Shown here: positions 36,783 to 45,459 of the stretch, piece after piece
Position numbering within the stretch: position 1 is the stretch's first letter
Layout of the letters: the number at the start of each line of letters is the position of its first letter
Origin: Alphaproteobacteria bacterium
Lineage (GTDB): Bacteria > Pseudomonadota > Alphaproteobacteria > MPNO01
Assembly: GCA_963667285.1 (NCBI GenBank)
Contig: OY763326.1
Location: forward strand, 4,847,546 to 4,911,545
Direction: 5' to 3'
Length of the DNA stretch: 64,000 nt
Translations under genes and position numbers: made by a program
Notes under the pieces: generated by a model
The model's database searches: none
What the model saw: only the letters and a program-made list of their open reading frames with translations
What the model was told of the DNA's origin: nothing

Positions 36783-37517
36783 ATGACGGAACGCAGGGTG
36801 GAGATTCTCGACCGCTCCGAGATGGTCGAGAAGATGACCGGGCTGCTTCACCTGAAGCCCGGCGAGACGGCGATCGTTACCGTCGACATGCATCGCGGCC
36901 ATCTCGACCCGGAGGTCGCGACCATGCCGGCGAAGGCGGAAGACAGCGCCCGGGTGATCGCCAACGCGAAGCAGGTCCTCGACCTCGCGCGCGGGCACGG
37001 CGTCCCGGTGATCCACGTCATCCTGGTCTATCGCAGGATTCCGGGTGTGGGCAGCGAGGGCATGACGGCGCCGTTCTGGGCCGCGATGTCGGAGATCACC
37101 GACGAGGAGAACCGCCTCACGCTCGGCCGCAAGTCGACCGTGAACGACCACAACATCGAGGGCAGCCCCGGCACCCAGATCATCCCGGCGCTCTACGCCG
37201 CGACCGACTACGTGATCGACAACAAGAAGCGCCTCGACTGCTTCATGGGCACCGACCTCGACATGCTGCTGGAGAACCTCGGGGCGCGGAATGTCTGCCT
37301 GATGGGCATCAACACCAACACCTGCGTGCTGAACACGGCGTTTACCGCGCACAACAGGAACTACGCCACGGTCGTGCTCTCGGACTGCGTCGCCAGCATG
37401 TATGGCGACGACCTCCACGAGTTCGGTCTCCAGAACGTCATGCGATGCCTGGGCTGGGTGCTCGACAACGAGCAGTTCGCGGCCAAGCTCGAAGCAGGCC
37501 GCCGGCTCAACGCTTAG
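36783..37517 (+). CDS. isochorismatase/cysteine-hydrolase family protein
   Basis: Family pattern with GETAIVTVDMHRGHLDP and catalytic-Cys region LMGINTNTCVLNTAF. ATG 36783. Its stop TAG 37514-16 lies inside the IS4 target duplication. Confidence 0.85.
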   Translation: MTERRVEILDRSEMVEKMTGLLHLKPGETAIVTVDMHRGHLDPEVATMPAKAEDSARVIANAKQVLDLARGHGVPVIHVILVYRRIPGVGSEGMTAPFWAAMSEITDEENRLTLGRKSTVNDHNIEGSPGTQIIPALYAATDYVIDNKKRLDCFMGTDLDMLLENLGARNVCLMGINTNTCVLNTAFTAHNRNYATVVLSDCVASMYGDDLHEFGLQNVMRCLGWVLDNEQFAAKLEAGRRLNA

Positions 37518-37518
37518 C

Positions 37519-38983
37519 CGCAATACTGTTCACTTTATGACTTTGATGCTGTTGACTGGATTGACGGCAGGGAGTGGAGGGGTGTCTGGCCGGCGCAGTG
37601 GGAACTTGCTCATTTTGCGTTTGACGGCGCGCGGGTTTTGCCGGTTTCGGCTGGAGACGACACGTTCCTGAAGGATTTCGTCGAGGACGGCGTCATGGAA
37701 GGCCTTGCTCTTCCGAGGGGGGAATGGCTACGGCGGCGGGCAGCTTTCGACGCACCACCCGCACAGCGTGAAGGAAGGAGAGGCGGTCCGGGTCTTCGTC
37801 GGCTTTCAGCGCGGCCTCATGGATCAGGCTTCGGATGGCGAAGTGCGCCATCATGAGGCCATAGAACTCCTGGCGGACGAGGTCCGGCGTCTTGCTGCGC
37901 AGGACGATCCTGGCGCCCCGCAGATGGGTCTTGAGTTCGTCGAGCGCGGTCTCGATTTCCCAGCGCTCATGATAGAGGGCCGCCAGCTCATGCGCCGGCG
38001 CCACGTCGTGGTCGAGGATCGTGGTGAGGAGACGATAGAACGGTACGGCGCCGCCGACACCCTCCAGCCGGTAGTCGATCGCCCGCACCGTGAGCCCGCC
38101 GGTCCGGTGGCGGCGATCCCGTTGCGAGGGATAGATGGTGCTCAGGTAAGAGCCGTCAGGCAATCGCCGCTCGGGAACCAGGCGCATGTTCTTCTTGACG
38201 CGCCAGAGCAGGTCGGCCCCGCTGCCGCGCGCCAGGGACCACAGCGCGAAGCCGAAGAACTGGCGGTCCGCCAAGCACAGCATGCCGGCCTCCAGCCGGC
38301 CAAGCACAGCTTTGGCGAGCGTGATCTCGCTCGTCCCATAGCCCGCCATCTCGCTGGCAAACAGCACATGCGTGCCGTTCTCCACCAGCGAGACAAAGCG
38401 CAGCTGCGGGAAGGCGCTGCGGCCCCGGCTGGCGCCGGGCCGGCCGAACGCCGCGGCGTTCGACGCCTCGTCGGCAACGTCCAGCGTGCTGCCGTCCAGG
38501 CTCACCAGACGCCATCGCCCATACCACGCCCCCCTGGTCAGCCGATCCGCAATCGGCTTCACCACCGCGCCATGCAGGCGGTGCAGCGGCTCCCAGCCAA
38601 GACGCGTGCGCGCCTGCGAGATCCCCGACTTGCCGGCCACCTCAAGCGCCTGCGACGGACCGGCCAGCCACTGAACCCCCTCCAGCAGGCAGCGCAGAAC
38701 CTCGCGGTAGGACGACTGCATGTAGAGCCCAAGCGCGATTACGTAATACACCACCACAGGCGCCGGAAGCGCACGCCGGCGCCGGCTCGACCGCCCGGTA
38801 TCCCGTAGGACAGACTGCACCGTATCCAGCGGAAACGTCTTCGCGATCACACCCAGACTGATGTAGTCGGTGACGCGAGAACCCGCCGGGAGCGTCCCAA
38901 CAGCGCGTGACATCGGCCTGACCCCTGCTGCGTCACAGGCCTACGACTGTAGCACCGATCAATCACTAAGTGAACAGTATTGC
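37519..38983 (-). mobile_element. intact IS4-family insertion sequence (1465 bp) with perfect 16-bp terminal inverted repeats and 8-bp target duplication
   Basis: IR GCAATACTGTTCACTT at 37519-37534 and its exact reverse complement at 38968-38983. Direct repeat GCTTAGCC at 37511-18 and 38984-91. Single transposase ORF inside. Confidence 0.8.
37693..38913 (-). CDS. IS4-family DDE transposase
   Basis: 406 aa with DDE blocks (RLVSLDGSTLDV..., CLADRQFF..., YHERWEIETALDELK), a pattern seen in IS4-family transposases. Confidence 0.85.
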   Translation of the reverse strand: MSRAVGTLPAGSRVTDYISLGVIAKTFPLDTVQSVLRDTGRSSRRRRALPAPVVVYYVIALGLYMQSSYREVLRCLLEGVQWLAGPSQALEVAGKSGISQARTRLGWEPLHRLHGAVVKPIADRLTRGAWYGRWRLVSLDGSTLDVADEASNAAAFGRPGASRGRSAFPQLRFVSLVENGTHVLFASEMAGYGTSEITLAKAVLGRLEAGMLCLADRQFFGFALWSLARGSGADLLWRVKKNMRLVPERRLPDGSYLSTIYPSQRDRRHRTGGLTVRAIDYRLEGVGGAVPFYRLLTTILDHDVAPAHELAALYHERWEIETALDELKTHLRGARIVLRSKTPDLVRQEFYGLMMAHFAIRSLIHEAALKADEDPDRLSFLHAVRVVRRKLPAAVAIPPSEEQGLP

Positions 38984-38989
38984 GCTTAG

Positions 38990-39277
38990 CCCGCATTTCC
39001 CGCCAGGGTCATGGTCTGCGCGGCGCTGTCCGGCCGACAGGGCAGGAGAGGCGCGCGGCGCGATGCGGGGACATCGGGCAAGCGCCTCGACGCACCCTGT
39101 CGGCCGGACAGCGCCGCCCCTTCGACACGCTCAGGGCAGGCTCGAAGGGTCGCGCGCAGGCGCCCGCCCGCTGCGTCGCGGGCCTCGACCGTAGTGCCTG
39201 CTACGCTCTTCGGCCCGCTCCTGGCGGATCGAACGCCTGCGCGCGACGCAGACCGTGACCCTGGTGAGAAATGCGGG
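38990..39277 (+). repeat. MITE-like palindromic repeat element, copy A (288 bp)
   Basis: Terminal inverted repeats CCCGCATTTC(C/T)C(G/A)CCAGGGTCA(T/C)GGTCTGCG ... CGCAGACCGTGACCCTGGTGAGAAATGCGGG. Flanked by TTAG (left) and CTAG (right). Two more copies lie at 44019-44281 and 53542-53805. Copy A carries a ~22-bp indel relative to copies B and C. Confidence 0.7.
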
Positions 39278-39925
39278 CTAGGCGTCGGCGGGGAAGTCGG
39301 GCTGTTTCGCCGGATGGGCATCGGCGAACGCATCGAGCGCCATGCAGGTCTCGAAGATCCGCATCGCCGTCGGGTAGGGCTCCATCGGACAGCCGAACAT
39401 GCGCGAGCCCACGATCTGCGGCACCAGGCAGAGATCGGCGAGGCCGGGCCGGTCGCCGTGGCAGAACCGCCCGGTGCCGGGGCCGGCCGCCAGATGCGCC
39501 TCCATCGCCTCCAGACCGGCCCCCATCCAGCGGCGGATCCAGGCCCCGAGCTGCTCGTCCGACAGGTCGAGATCCTCGGTCAGGTATTTCCGGATGCGCG
39601 GGACGATCAGCGGATGGGTGTCCGAGCTCGCGATCTGGGCGATGCCGCGCACCCGGGCGCGGCCCCCGGGGTCGGCCGGGAGCAGCGGCGGTTCGGGGCG
39701 GGTCTCGTCGAGATATTCGACGATCGCGAGCGACTGGAAGAGGGTCGTGCCGCCGTCGACCAGGGCGGGGACCACGGGTTGCGGGTTGACCGCGCGATAG
39801 GCGCCCTCGAACTGGTCGCCTTCGAGCAGGTCGACCGTCTCGATGTCGCAGTCCATGCCCTTGAGGTTGAGCGCGATGCGCACGCGAAACGACGCGAGCG
39901 AACGCCAGTAGCTGAACAGTTTCAT
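39278..39925 (-). CDS. maiA: maleylacetoacetate/maleylpyruvate isomerase (glutathione S-transferase zeta class)
   Basis: GST zeta pattern (MKLFSYWRSLASFRVRIALNLKG...NPQPVVPALVDGG...SLAIVEYLDE). Its stop codon is the CTAG flank of MITE copy A. Confidence 0.8.
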   Translation of the reverse strand: MKLFSYWRSLASFRVRIALNLKGMDCDIETVDLLEGDQFEGAYRAVNPQPVVPALVDGGTTLFQSLAIVEYLDETRPEPPLLPADPGGRARVRGIAQIASSDTHPLIVPRIRKYLTEDLDLSDEQLGAWIRRWMGAGLEAMEAHLAAGPGTGRFCHGDRPGLADLCLVPQIVGSRMFGCPMEPYPTAMRIFETCMALDAFADAHPAKQPDFPADA

Positions 39926-39957
39926 CCTTCCCCTCCAATACGCCCCGGAGGCGCGCC

Positions 39958-41091
39958 GTGAGCGATACAGGAACCAGCCGCTTCGCCAAACTCTTTTCGC
40001 CCGGGCGGATCGGCGGCGTGGCGCTCGGCAACCGGACGGCGGTCGCGCCGATGACCCGGATCAGCGCCGGCCCGGGCGGGCTCGCGACCGACGGGATGGC
40101 GGCCTATTACGCCGACTATGCGAAAGGCGGGTTCGGGCTGGTGATCACCGAAGGCACCTATATCGACGAGGCCCACAGCCAGGGCTATGTCGACCAGCCC
40201 GGCATCGCCAACGACGCCCAGCGCGATTCCTGGAAGAAGGTGGTCGACGCGGTCCACGCGCAAGGCGTGCCGATTTTCATGCAGCTCCTGCACGCCGGCG
40301 CGCTGATCCAGCACAACGACCATGTCGGCGAGGCGGTCGCCCCGTCGGCCGTCGAGCCGGTCGGCGAGATGGCGCCGCACTACAAGGGCGCGGGCCGGTT
40401 CCCGGTGCCGCGCGAAATCTCGCGCCGGGAGATGACCGACGTCGCCGCCGCGTTCGGCGCCGCCGCGCGGCGCGCGGTCGAGGCGGGGTTCGACGGGGTC
40501 GAGATCCACGGCGCGAACGGCTACCTGGCCGACCAGTTCCTCACCGACTACACCAACCGGCGCGACGACGAATATGGCGGGCCGACCGCGCGACGGGTGC
40601 GCTACCACACCGAGATCGTGGCCGTGGTGAAGCGGGCGCTCGACGGCCGCGCGCCGTTCGGGATCCGCATCTCCGAGACCAAGGTCAACGACCTCGCCCA
40701 TAGCTGGGCGGGCGGCGCGGACGATGCGCGGACGATTTTCGGCGCGATCGGCGAGGCCGGGCCGAGCTATATCCACGTCAACGCCCATCGCGGCTTCGAG
40801 CCGGTCTTCGGAACCGGCAAGTCGCTCGCGCGCCTGGCCCGCGAAGCCGCGCCGCGCGACGTCCGGATCGTCGCCTGCGGCAAGCTCAACGACCCGCTGC
40901 TCGCCGAAGCCTTGATCGAGGACGGCACCGCCGATGCCGCCGCGATCGCCAAGGGCGCGCTCGCCGACCCAGGCTGGCCGGCGAAGATCGCGCGCGGCGA
41001 AGCGCCGGTCGCCTTCGATCCGGCAATGCTCCGCCCCTACGCGACCCTGGAAAACGTGAGCGAGTGGAGAGCGGGCAAGGGTCCCGGCTGA
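39958..41091 (+). CDS. NADH:flavin oxidoreductase / Old Yellow Enzyme family (alkene reductase)
   Basis: OYE pattern (RTAVAPMTRISA...GFGLVITEGTYID...HGANGYLADQFL). Confidence 0.85.
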   Translation: MSDTGTSRFAKLFSPGRIGGVALGNRTAVAPMTRISAGPGGLATDGMAAYYADYAKGGFGLVITEGTYIDEAHSQGYVDQPGIANDAQRDSWKKVVDAVHAQGVPIFMQLLHAGALIQHNDHVGEAVAPSAVEPVGEMAPHYKGAGRFPVPREISRREMTDVAAAFGAAARRAVEAGFDGVEIHGANGYLADQFLTDYTNRRDDEYGGPTARRVRYHTEIVAVVKRALDGRAPFGIRISETKVNDLAHSWAGGADDARTIFGAIGEAGPSYIHVNAHRGFEPVFGTGKSLARLAREAAPRDVRIVACGKLNDPLLAEALIEDGTADAAAIAKGALADPGWPAKIARGEAPVAFDPAMLRPYATLENVSEWRAGKGPG

Positions 41092-41172
41092 CGCTGGAGC
41101 GGGCCCCATGGGCCGGACAGGTGGATTGAAATGATTCGACCGGTGCGCCGGGCATTCGAAGGATCGACGCCC

Positions 41173-41352
41173 ATGGCCAGGCACCGAATCCACCGAACCC
41201 GCAGCATCGCCTTCAAGCGCCGGTTCGTTCTGGAGTATCTCGCCGGCGAGACGCTCCACGGTCCGGCCGGTCGGCACGACCTGTCCCGCACCCCGATCCG
41301 GATCCGGGTCGAAAAGTACGAGACCGGCGCCTTCGACGAGGACGCCGGGGCG
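41173..41352 (+). mobile_element. IS3-family transposase OrfA (HTH) N-terminal fragment, remnant
   Basis: RIHRTRSIAFKRRFVLEYLAGETLHGPAGRHDLSRTPIRIRVEKYETGAFDEDAG follows the IS3-family OrfA HTH pattern (R.H.PEFK..V......G..L...A..HD......I..W...). It decays afterwards. No OrfB is present. Confidence 0.4.
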
Positions 41353-41396
41353 GCCGCGACTGCCTTTTTCCTTCGCAATTCGCCGTACGGCAGGGT

Positions 41397-41828
41397 TCAA
41401 GCCTCCGCGTCGAAAGTCCGGCTGGTTCGCTTCTCGCTGATTCTCCAGCCGCCGGATTCGCGCACCAGGCGGTTGTGCGAGACGCCCACCATATGAACCC
41501 CGGAGACCGGCGCCGGGCCTTCTTGCGGCGCCGGGCCGCGGTGGCGGTACACCGTCAGATAGGTGATGCCGGTCGCGTTGTCTTCGTCGATCACCTCGAC
41601 AAGGACGTTCGAGATGACATGCCGGATAATCAGGTCGCGGGGCCGGTCTCTCATGGCTTCGAGCAATCCCGCCGGCCCGATCGCGTCGCCGCCCGGCCGC
41701 GACCAGACGCCGTTCTCGGCCATCAATCCGGCCATGGTCTCGTAATCCCCGGCATCGAGCGCGTTTATGAAGCGGGTCAGCGTCCTGGTGCAGTCCCATT
41801 CGATCGCGCGGCGCCGGGCTTCATCCAT
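41397..41828 (-). CDS. SnoaL-like / NTF2-fold protein (ring-hydroxylating dioxygenase beta-subunit-like)
   Basis: 143 aa with NTF2-like pattern. Family assignment is moderate. Confidence 0.55.
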   Translation of the reverse strand: MDEARRRAIEWDCTRTLTRFINALDAGDYETMAGLMAENGVWSRPGGDAIGPAGLLEAMRDRPRDLIIRHVISNVLVEVIDEDNATGITYLTVYRHRGPAPQEGPAPVSGVHMVGVSHNRLVRESGGWRISEKRTSRTFDAEA

Positions 41829-42193
41829 CGTCCTCGCCTCCCGTCCTCACGCAGACGCAGTCGTCCGTGGCGATCGCCGCGAACGCCCGATTGCCCGGAT
41901 CGAAGCCGGCCTGGGGTCCCGCGCGAACCCGGAGCGGCCTGCCCCTGCGGGTGACGTCGTAACAGGTGGAACCGCCGAAGAAGGTGCTTCCTTCAACGGT
42001 TACTTCCCGGACCGCCCCGCGGGCGTCGCCGGCCGGGGGGAGGCGGTGAGATGAATGAGTTCCGGTCTCGGCGACACCGGCACGACCTCTTCGCGACCCG
42101 GCGCCTCGGTGGACGAGACGCTGACCGGTCCGCATTCCGTCCCGATGCGAAAACGGTCTCGAACCCCTTGTCCAGGCCGGCGACTTCCAGCAC
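41824..42193 (-). pseudogene. ABC transporter ATP-binding protein remnant, internally deleted (N-terminal ~15 aa + C-terminal TOBE-like ~55 aa)
   Basis: The minus strand from 42193 reads MLEVAGLDKGFETVF, a typical ABC ATPase start, then loses frame. A different frame ends with ...VTVEGSTFFGGSTCYDVTRRGRPLRVRAGPQAGFDPGNRAFAAIATDDCVCVR, a TOBE-domain-like C-terminus. Only ~370 bp remain where ~1.1 kb would be expected. Confidence 0.4.
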
Positions 42194-42194
42194 T

Positions 42195-43940
42195 TCAATT
42201 GCCCCGCGTATCGAACAGCCCCTGCGCCCGGAAAAACCGCTGGACGATCAGCAGCACCGCACCCGATACGGTGAACATCGCCACGCCGAGCGCGGACGCC
42301 GCACCGTACTGGCCGGTCTCCCACAGCGTCCATATGCGGACCGACAGAACGATGTTGCTCGGGCTCGCCAGCATCAGCGGAATGGTCACCTCGCGGAGCA
42401 CCAGGAGCGCGATCCACAGCGCCGCATAGGCCAGCGAAGACTTGATCAGGGGCACCGCGATGCGCAGCAGGATCTGGATCGTGTTGGCGCCGCACATGCG
42501 CGCCGCCTCCTCGATCTCGGCGTGGATCTGCAGCAGCGCGGCGTTGGTCACCCTGGTGCAGTAGGGGATGCGGTAGACCACCAGCGCGGCGACGATCATC
42601 GCCATCGTGCCGGATAGCTGGAGTCCGGTGAAACGGCTCAGCGCGATCCCGAAGACGATCAGCGCGAAGGCGAACGCGATCCCCGGAATGACATGCGGCA
42701 ACATCGCCGCGGTATCGATCAGCTGCCGGCCGGGGAGACGGGACCGCACGGTGACATAGGACATCACCAGCGAGAAGCCGACCACCAAAGCGGGCGTCGC
42801 GGTGATCATCACGATGGTGTTGACCAGGGGCTCCCAGCCGCCGAGCTGGCCCCAGAGGCCGCCATAGGTGGCGAAGGAGATCGCGTCGAGCGCGTTCAGC
42901 GAGAACTGCGTGAGCGCGGGCAACAACGACATCCAGACCAGCATCGCCAGCGGCAGCAGCTCCGACAGCGCGACGTAGAAGGCAACGAAGCCGACGGCCG
43001 CCCAGCGCCAGCGCCCGAGATCCACCAATCCGGGGCGGTAGCCCTTGCCCGTGACCACCGCGAAGCGGTGGGCCTTGCGGATCGCCCGGCCATAGAACCA
43101 GAGCGCAAAGATAGCGAAGGCCATCATGATCACGCCGTACACCGCGGCATAGCCGAGTTCTATCGAGCCGCCGGCCGATCGGACATAGAGGAAGAGCTCG
43201 GTGGAGAGGACCGCCGTATCCTCGTCCAGCAACAACGCGGCGATCTCGTAGAGCGTGACCGCGGTCATGAAATTGTAGATCAGGCCGGCGATGACGGCAG
43301 GGCGGATCAGCGGGAAGCTGACCCGCGCGATGGTGAGCCAGCGGCTGGCGCCCGACATCTGGGCCGCCTCCTCCAGCGCTGGATCGAGCGCGATCATGCT
43401 GCCCGAGATCAGGAAGAACATGGCGGGGGTCAGCATCAGACCCTGGATGAACACCACCCCGCCGATGCCATAGATGGTGAACGGCGCTTCCGCCGCACCC
43501 GTGATCTCCGCATACAGGCTGTTGATCAGCCCGATATCGGGGCTGAGCATCAGGATCCAGCCCATCGCCTTCAGAAATCCCGGAATCAGGATGCTGATCG
43601 CCACCAGGGTGACGACCAGGGACTTGCCGGGCATGTCGGTACGGTGGACCAGCCAGGCGAGCGGAACGGCAAAGAGCATGTTGACGGCGACCGTTCCGAT
43701 GCCGATCAGGAAGCTGTTGATCAGCGCATCGAAGATCACCCCGTCGTCGAACACGTCGGTGTAGTTCTCGACGGTGAAGCCGGGATCGCCGGGCAGACCC
43801 GGCAGCGTGCTCATCCAGACGACGATCGCCATCAGGAGCAGGATGAACAGCGCGACGACCCCGGCGACGATGCCAAGCGACCATTCCCCGGCATCGACGA
43901 CACCGGTGACCCGGGCTCGCGCCAGGAACGGCCGCCGCAT
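42195..43940 (-). CDS. Fe3+/thiamine-type ABC transporter permease, fused two-domain (FbpB/AfuB-like)
   Basis: 581-aa protein with two BPD_transp_1 repeats. The ORF track N-terminal extension (to 44294) reads through MITE copy B and is rejected. Confidence 0.85.
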   Translation of the reverse strand: MRRPFLARARVTGVVDAGEWSLGIVAGVVALFILLLMAIVVWMSTLPGLPGDPGFTVENYTDVFDDGVIFDALINSFLIGIGTVAVNMLFAVPLAWLVHRTDMPGKSLVVTLVAISILIPGFLKAMGWILMLSPDIGLINSLYAEITGAAEAPFTIYGIGGVVFIQGLMLTPAMFFLISGSMIALDPALEEAAQMSGASRWLTIARVSFPLIRPAVIAGLIYNFMTAVTLYEIAALLLDEDTAVLSTELFLYVRSAGGSIELGYAAVYGVIMMAFAIFALWFYGRAIRKAHRFAVVTGKGYRPGLVDLGRWRWAAVGFVAFYVALSELLPLAMLVWMSLLPALTQFSLNALDAISFATYGGLWGQLGGWEPLVNTIVMITATPALVVGFSLVMSYVTVRSRLPGRQLIDTAAMLPHVIPGIAFAFALIVFGIALSRFTGLQLSGTMAMIVAALVVYRIPYCTRVTNAALLQIHAEIEEAARMCGANTIQILLRIAVPLIKSSLAYAALWIALLVLREVTIPLMLASPSNIVLSVRIWTLWETGQYGAASALGVAMFTVSGAVLLIVQRFFRAQGLFDTRGN

Positions 43941-44018
43941 CCTGGCACCGCCCCCTGTCTCGACGATCGACCGTCCCATGAGCGAATTTGGGGAGCGGCG
44001 TGCGGACCCCCGGGCCAG

Positions 44019-44281
44019 CCCGCATTTCTCACCAGGGTCACGGTCTGCGTCGCGCGCAGGCGTTCGATCTGCCAGGAGCGGGCCGAAAAGCGTAGCAGGC
44101 ACTACGGTTAAGGCCCGCGACGCAGCGGGCGGGCGCCTGCGCGCGACCCTTCGGGCGGCGCTGTCAGGCCGACAGGGTGCGTCGAGGCGCTTGCCCGATG
44201 TCCCGCATCGCGCCGCGCGCCTCTCCTGCCCTGTCGGCCGCACAGCGCCGCGCAGACCATGACCCTGGCGAGAAATGCGGG
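44019..44281 (-). repeat. MITE-like palindromic repeat element, copy B (263 bp)
   Basis: Same TIRs as copy A, in reverse-complement orientation. Flanked by CCAG on both sides. Confidence 0.7.
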
Positions 44282-44312
44282 CCAGGGGGCGCACGCCGCT
44301 ATGCGAGCCGCC

Positions 44313-45407
44313 CTACTTCTTCTTGGTGCCCTTGATGCCGCGGACGATCTGGCCGGTGAACTTCTTCCCGGCCTTGGTCGCCAGCCACTGGAGCTTGCCG
44401 TAGTTCTCCGCGGAATCGAAGAACGATGCCGGGACCACGCCGACCTTCTCCGATTCACGCCGCGCGATCTCTATCGCCTCGTTGCCGCCGTAATCGGCAT
44501 TGCCGAGATTGTTGCCTTCGCTCATCGCCCCGATGGCGTCACGCCCGGTGGTCCACATGACGAACAGCTTGGCCGCGTTGGGACTTTCGGCCCCCTTGCG
44601 GACGGCATGCAGCAGGACACCGTGGGGCACGAAGTCCTTGAACATGGCGATCGACAGCTTGGCGCCCTTCTGCGTGGCATCGAGGAACTGTTCGGTCGAC
44701 TGGAAGCCGCCCAGGGCGAACTCCCCGAGCGCCACCCGCTGGGCCATCGCCGTCGGGTGCAGCCGCTTGACCTTGGCCGCGCCCCACGCCTTGGCGTAAC
44801 CCACCAGCGTTGCGGCGTCGTATTTCAGGATCGCGGCCGTGATGTTGCTGGCGAACAGCGTGATCGCGGCCTTTCCGGCGCCGCCCAGATCCTTCATCGC
44901 GAGCGGCAGCCTGGCGCTGTCGAACTTGCCGGGGTTGTAGGAGAACCCCCAGTAAAGGTCGCAGCACTTGAAACCGATGCCGGCGATCGGCCCCGGGCTT
45001 GCCTTGGCCGGGTTCGTACCCTCGGGCAGCATGTCCTGCCAGCCCTCGATCCTGACCAGCGCGTCGGCCGCGGCGAGCGTCATGAAGGCGCTCTCGTTCA
45101 GCACCATCACGTCATAGGACGGCTTGCCGCCGGTCTTGTACTCGATCGCGCCCTTGGCGGCCTTGCCGGAATAGCGCCCGGTCAGGTCGGGCTTCACGTC
45201 GATCGACAGGCCGTAGGCCTTGTTGAACGCAGCCGCGACCTTCTTCGCGGTGTCGGGCGCGATCGTCGGGTGCAGCGTCACGCGGAGCGACGACTCCTTC
45301 TTCGCGCCCGCGACCAGCTCCGAAAGCATGTCGGCGCCGGCCGGCATGGCGATGAGCGCAGCGGCTCCCGCGATGAGCAGCGCGGTTGTGGCGTGGCGAA
45401 ATGTCAT
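44313..45407 (-). CDS. Fe3+/thiamine-type ABC transporter substrate-binding protein (FbpA/AfuA-like)
   Basis: Signal peptide MTFRHATTALLIAGAAALIAMPAGA, GGGAGG RBS, SBP_bac_1/6-like body. Confidence 0.8.
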   Translation of the reverse strand: MTFRHATTALLIAGAAALIAMPAGADMLSELVAGAKKESSLRVTLHPTIAPDTAKKVAAAFNKAYGLSIDVKPDLTGRYSGKAAKGAIEYKTGGKPSYDVMVLNESAFMTLAAADALVRIEGWQDMLPEGTNPAKASPGPIAGIGFKCCDLYWGFSYNPGKFDSARLPLAMKDLGGAGKAAITLFASNITAAILKYDAATLVGYAKAWGAAKVKRLHPTAMAQRVALGEFALGGFQSTEQFLDATQKGAKLSIAMFKDFVPHGVLLHAVRKGAESPNAAKLFVMWTTGRDAIGAMSEGNNLGNADYGGNEAIEIARRESEKVGVVPASFFDSAENYGKLQWLATKAGKKFTGQIVRGIKGTKKK

Positions 45408-45459
45408 TGTTTCCTCCCTGGATCGGTTGCCGGGCCGGGCCGGGCCGGCCAACCCGTTC

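Noticed and set aside
42195-44294. N-terminal extension of the Fe3+ permease ORF back to 44294 (and of the hydrolase ORF 52717-53784)
   Set aside because: The extensions read straight through MITE copies B and C and repeat the same pseudo-peptide (MRPLARISRQGHGLRGAV...) seen wherever the repeat occurs. True starts are at 43940 and 53502.
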